From Geosiphon pyriformis uo1 (Eukaryota; Fungi; Glomeromycota), in the NCBI GenBank assembly GCA_016748015.1, contig JAAOMT010000008.1, forward strand, positions 1-35,010: 35,010 bases of DNA, read 5' to 3'. Both the position numbers and the translations under genes were made by a program. Position 1 is the stretch's first letter, and each line of letters begins with the position of its first letter. The notes beneath the pieces are model-generated. The model worked only from the letters and a program-made list of their open reading frames with translations. It ran no database searches and was not told where the DNA came from. Below, piece by piece: positions 34,276-35,010 of this stretch.

Positions 34276-34700
34276 TATTACTTAAAGAAAGAAAGTCTAT
34301 TAAAGAAAGAAGAAAAAAACATGACTTAAAGAAAAATGTAACAAAACGTGAAGAGACACAGAATAGCATGCAATAATATTGGATAATGCATTATAACATA
34401 AGATAATGCATTATAATGTAGGATAATATGTTATAGCACAGAATAACATAAAATAACGTGTAATAATGTCAAATAATGTGTTATAACATAAAATAATTAG
34501 TTATAATATAAGACAATGAAGTAATAGCTAGTAAGAACAGATGATCCAAAGCAATCCTGTAAAACTAGAAAATACATATATATAGCAGTAGCATTAGAAG
34601 CAGAAAAAGAGAGAGAGAGAAAAAAGAAATTCCTTAGTTACTGTTCTCCAGTTAGAAATCATAGCATTCTAAAATATCAATAAATATACTTATTTAGCAT
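34276..34700 (+). repeat. 3' LTR-B of E6, interrupted by LTR-A copy 5
   Basis: PPT aaaaaggaagaga, TATTAC start, 10/20-bp U3 repeats 34360-34500, catatatatagcagtagcattagaagcagaaaa block. Confidence 0.85.
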
Positions 34701-35010
34701 TGTTACCAGAGGTTTTTGGTCTCTTTTCTTAAATGTTATTAATGTTGATTTGTTGTGAATTCACGTTTCTAGGAAGTAGTTGGACCTCCAGTAACTGAAT
34801 TTATCTTCAAATTATCTCCTATAATTTGAACTTGCTGGGCTTATGAGTGGAATAGCCAATTCCATGCCAGTTGCTTTATGTAGTTATGTTGTAGTAAATG
34901 TCAACTCTTTTTCAGGAATTGCTCATCTGGAAGCTCACTAAAAATGTGTAGTTACTTTGCTGTGAAAGTCAACTCTTCTACAGGAATCTTGTCTGTAGAC
35001 TACCCTAATG
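34701..35010 (-). mobile_element. LTR-A copy 5 (3' part; runs off the window)
   Basis: Reverse complement of ~6940-7248; flank gcat at 34697-34700 (ATGC in LTR orientation). Confidence 0.93.

Larger units (their letters stand above)
28978..34700 (+). mobile_element. E6: Ty3/Gypsy element, 5'-truncated; Cys-rich-dUTPase-RT-RH / IN / ORF-X / partial LTR-B
   Basis: Close paralogue of E4 and E2 across pol and IN. Confidence 0.95.

Overview
AT-rich eukaryotic DNA, almost entirely nested, decayed retroelements. It is most likely fungal; the repeat families resemble my recollection of Glomeromycotina/Geosiphon-type genomes (unverified inference). No intact protein-coding gene is supported. In order along the window: a pseudogenised host exon (~92-564, -), a 302-bp MITE (770-1071), two eroded LINE-like relics (~1290-4915), and six truncated Ty3/Gypsy-type copies (E1-E6). 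There are also four copies of their own LTR (LTR-B) and five copies of a different ~1-kb LTR (LTR-A), never seen attached to internal sequence; two LTR-A copies have 4-bp target-site duplications. The reconstructed Gypsy architecture is unusual: gag(CCHC)-protease-Cys-rich unknown domain-dUTPase-RT-RNaseH-STOP / separately initiated integrase ORF / variable extra 3' ORF (ORF-X)-PPT-LTR. The best candidates for new biology are (1) the conserved stand-alone integrase cistron, (2) a duplicated two-hairpin RNA motif with compensatory base changes in LTR-A, (3) the swappable ORF-X/U3 module, (4) two insertions next to integrase start codons, and (5) RIP-like C>T/G>A hypermutation. Domain boundaries are approximate and were read by eye.
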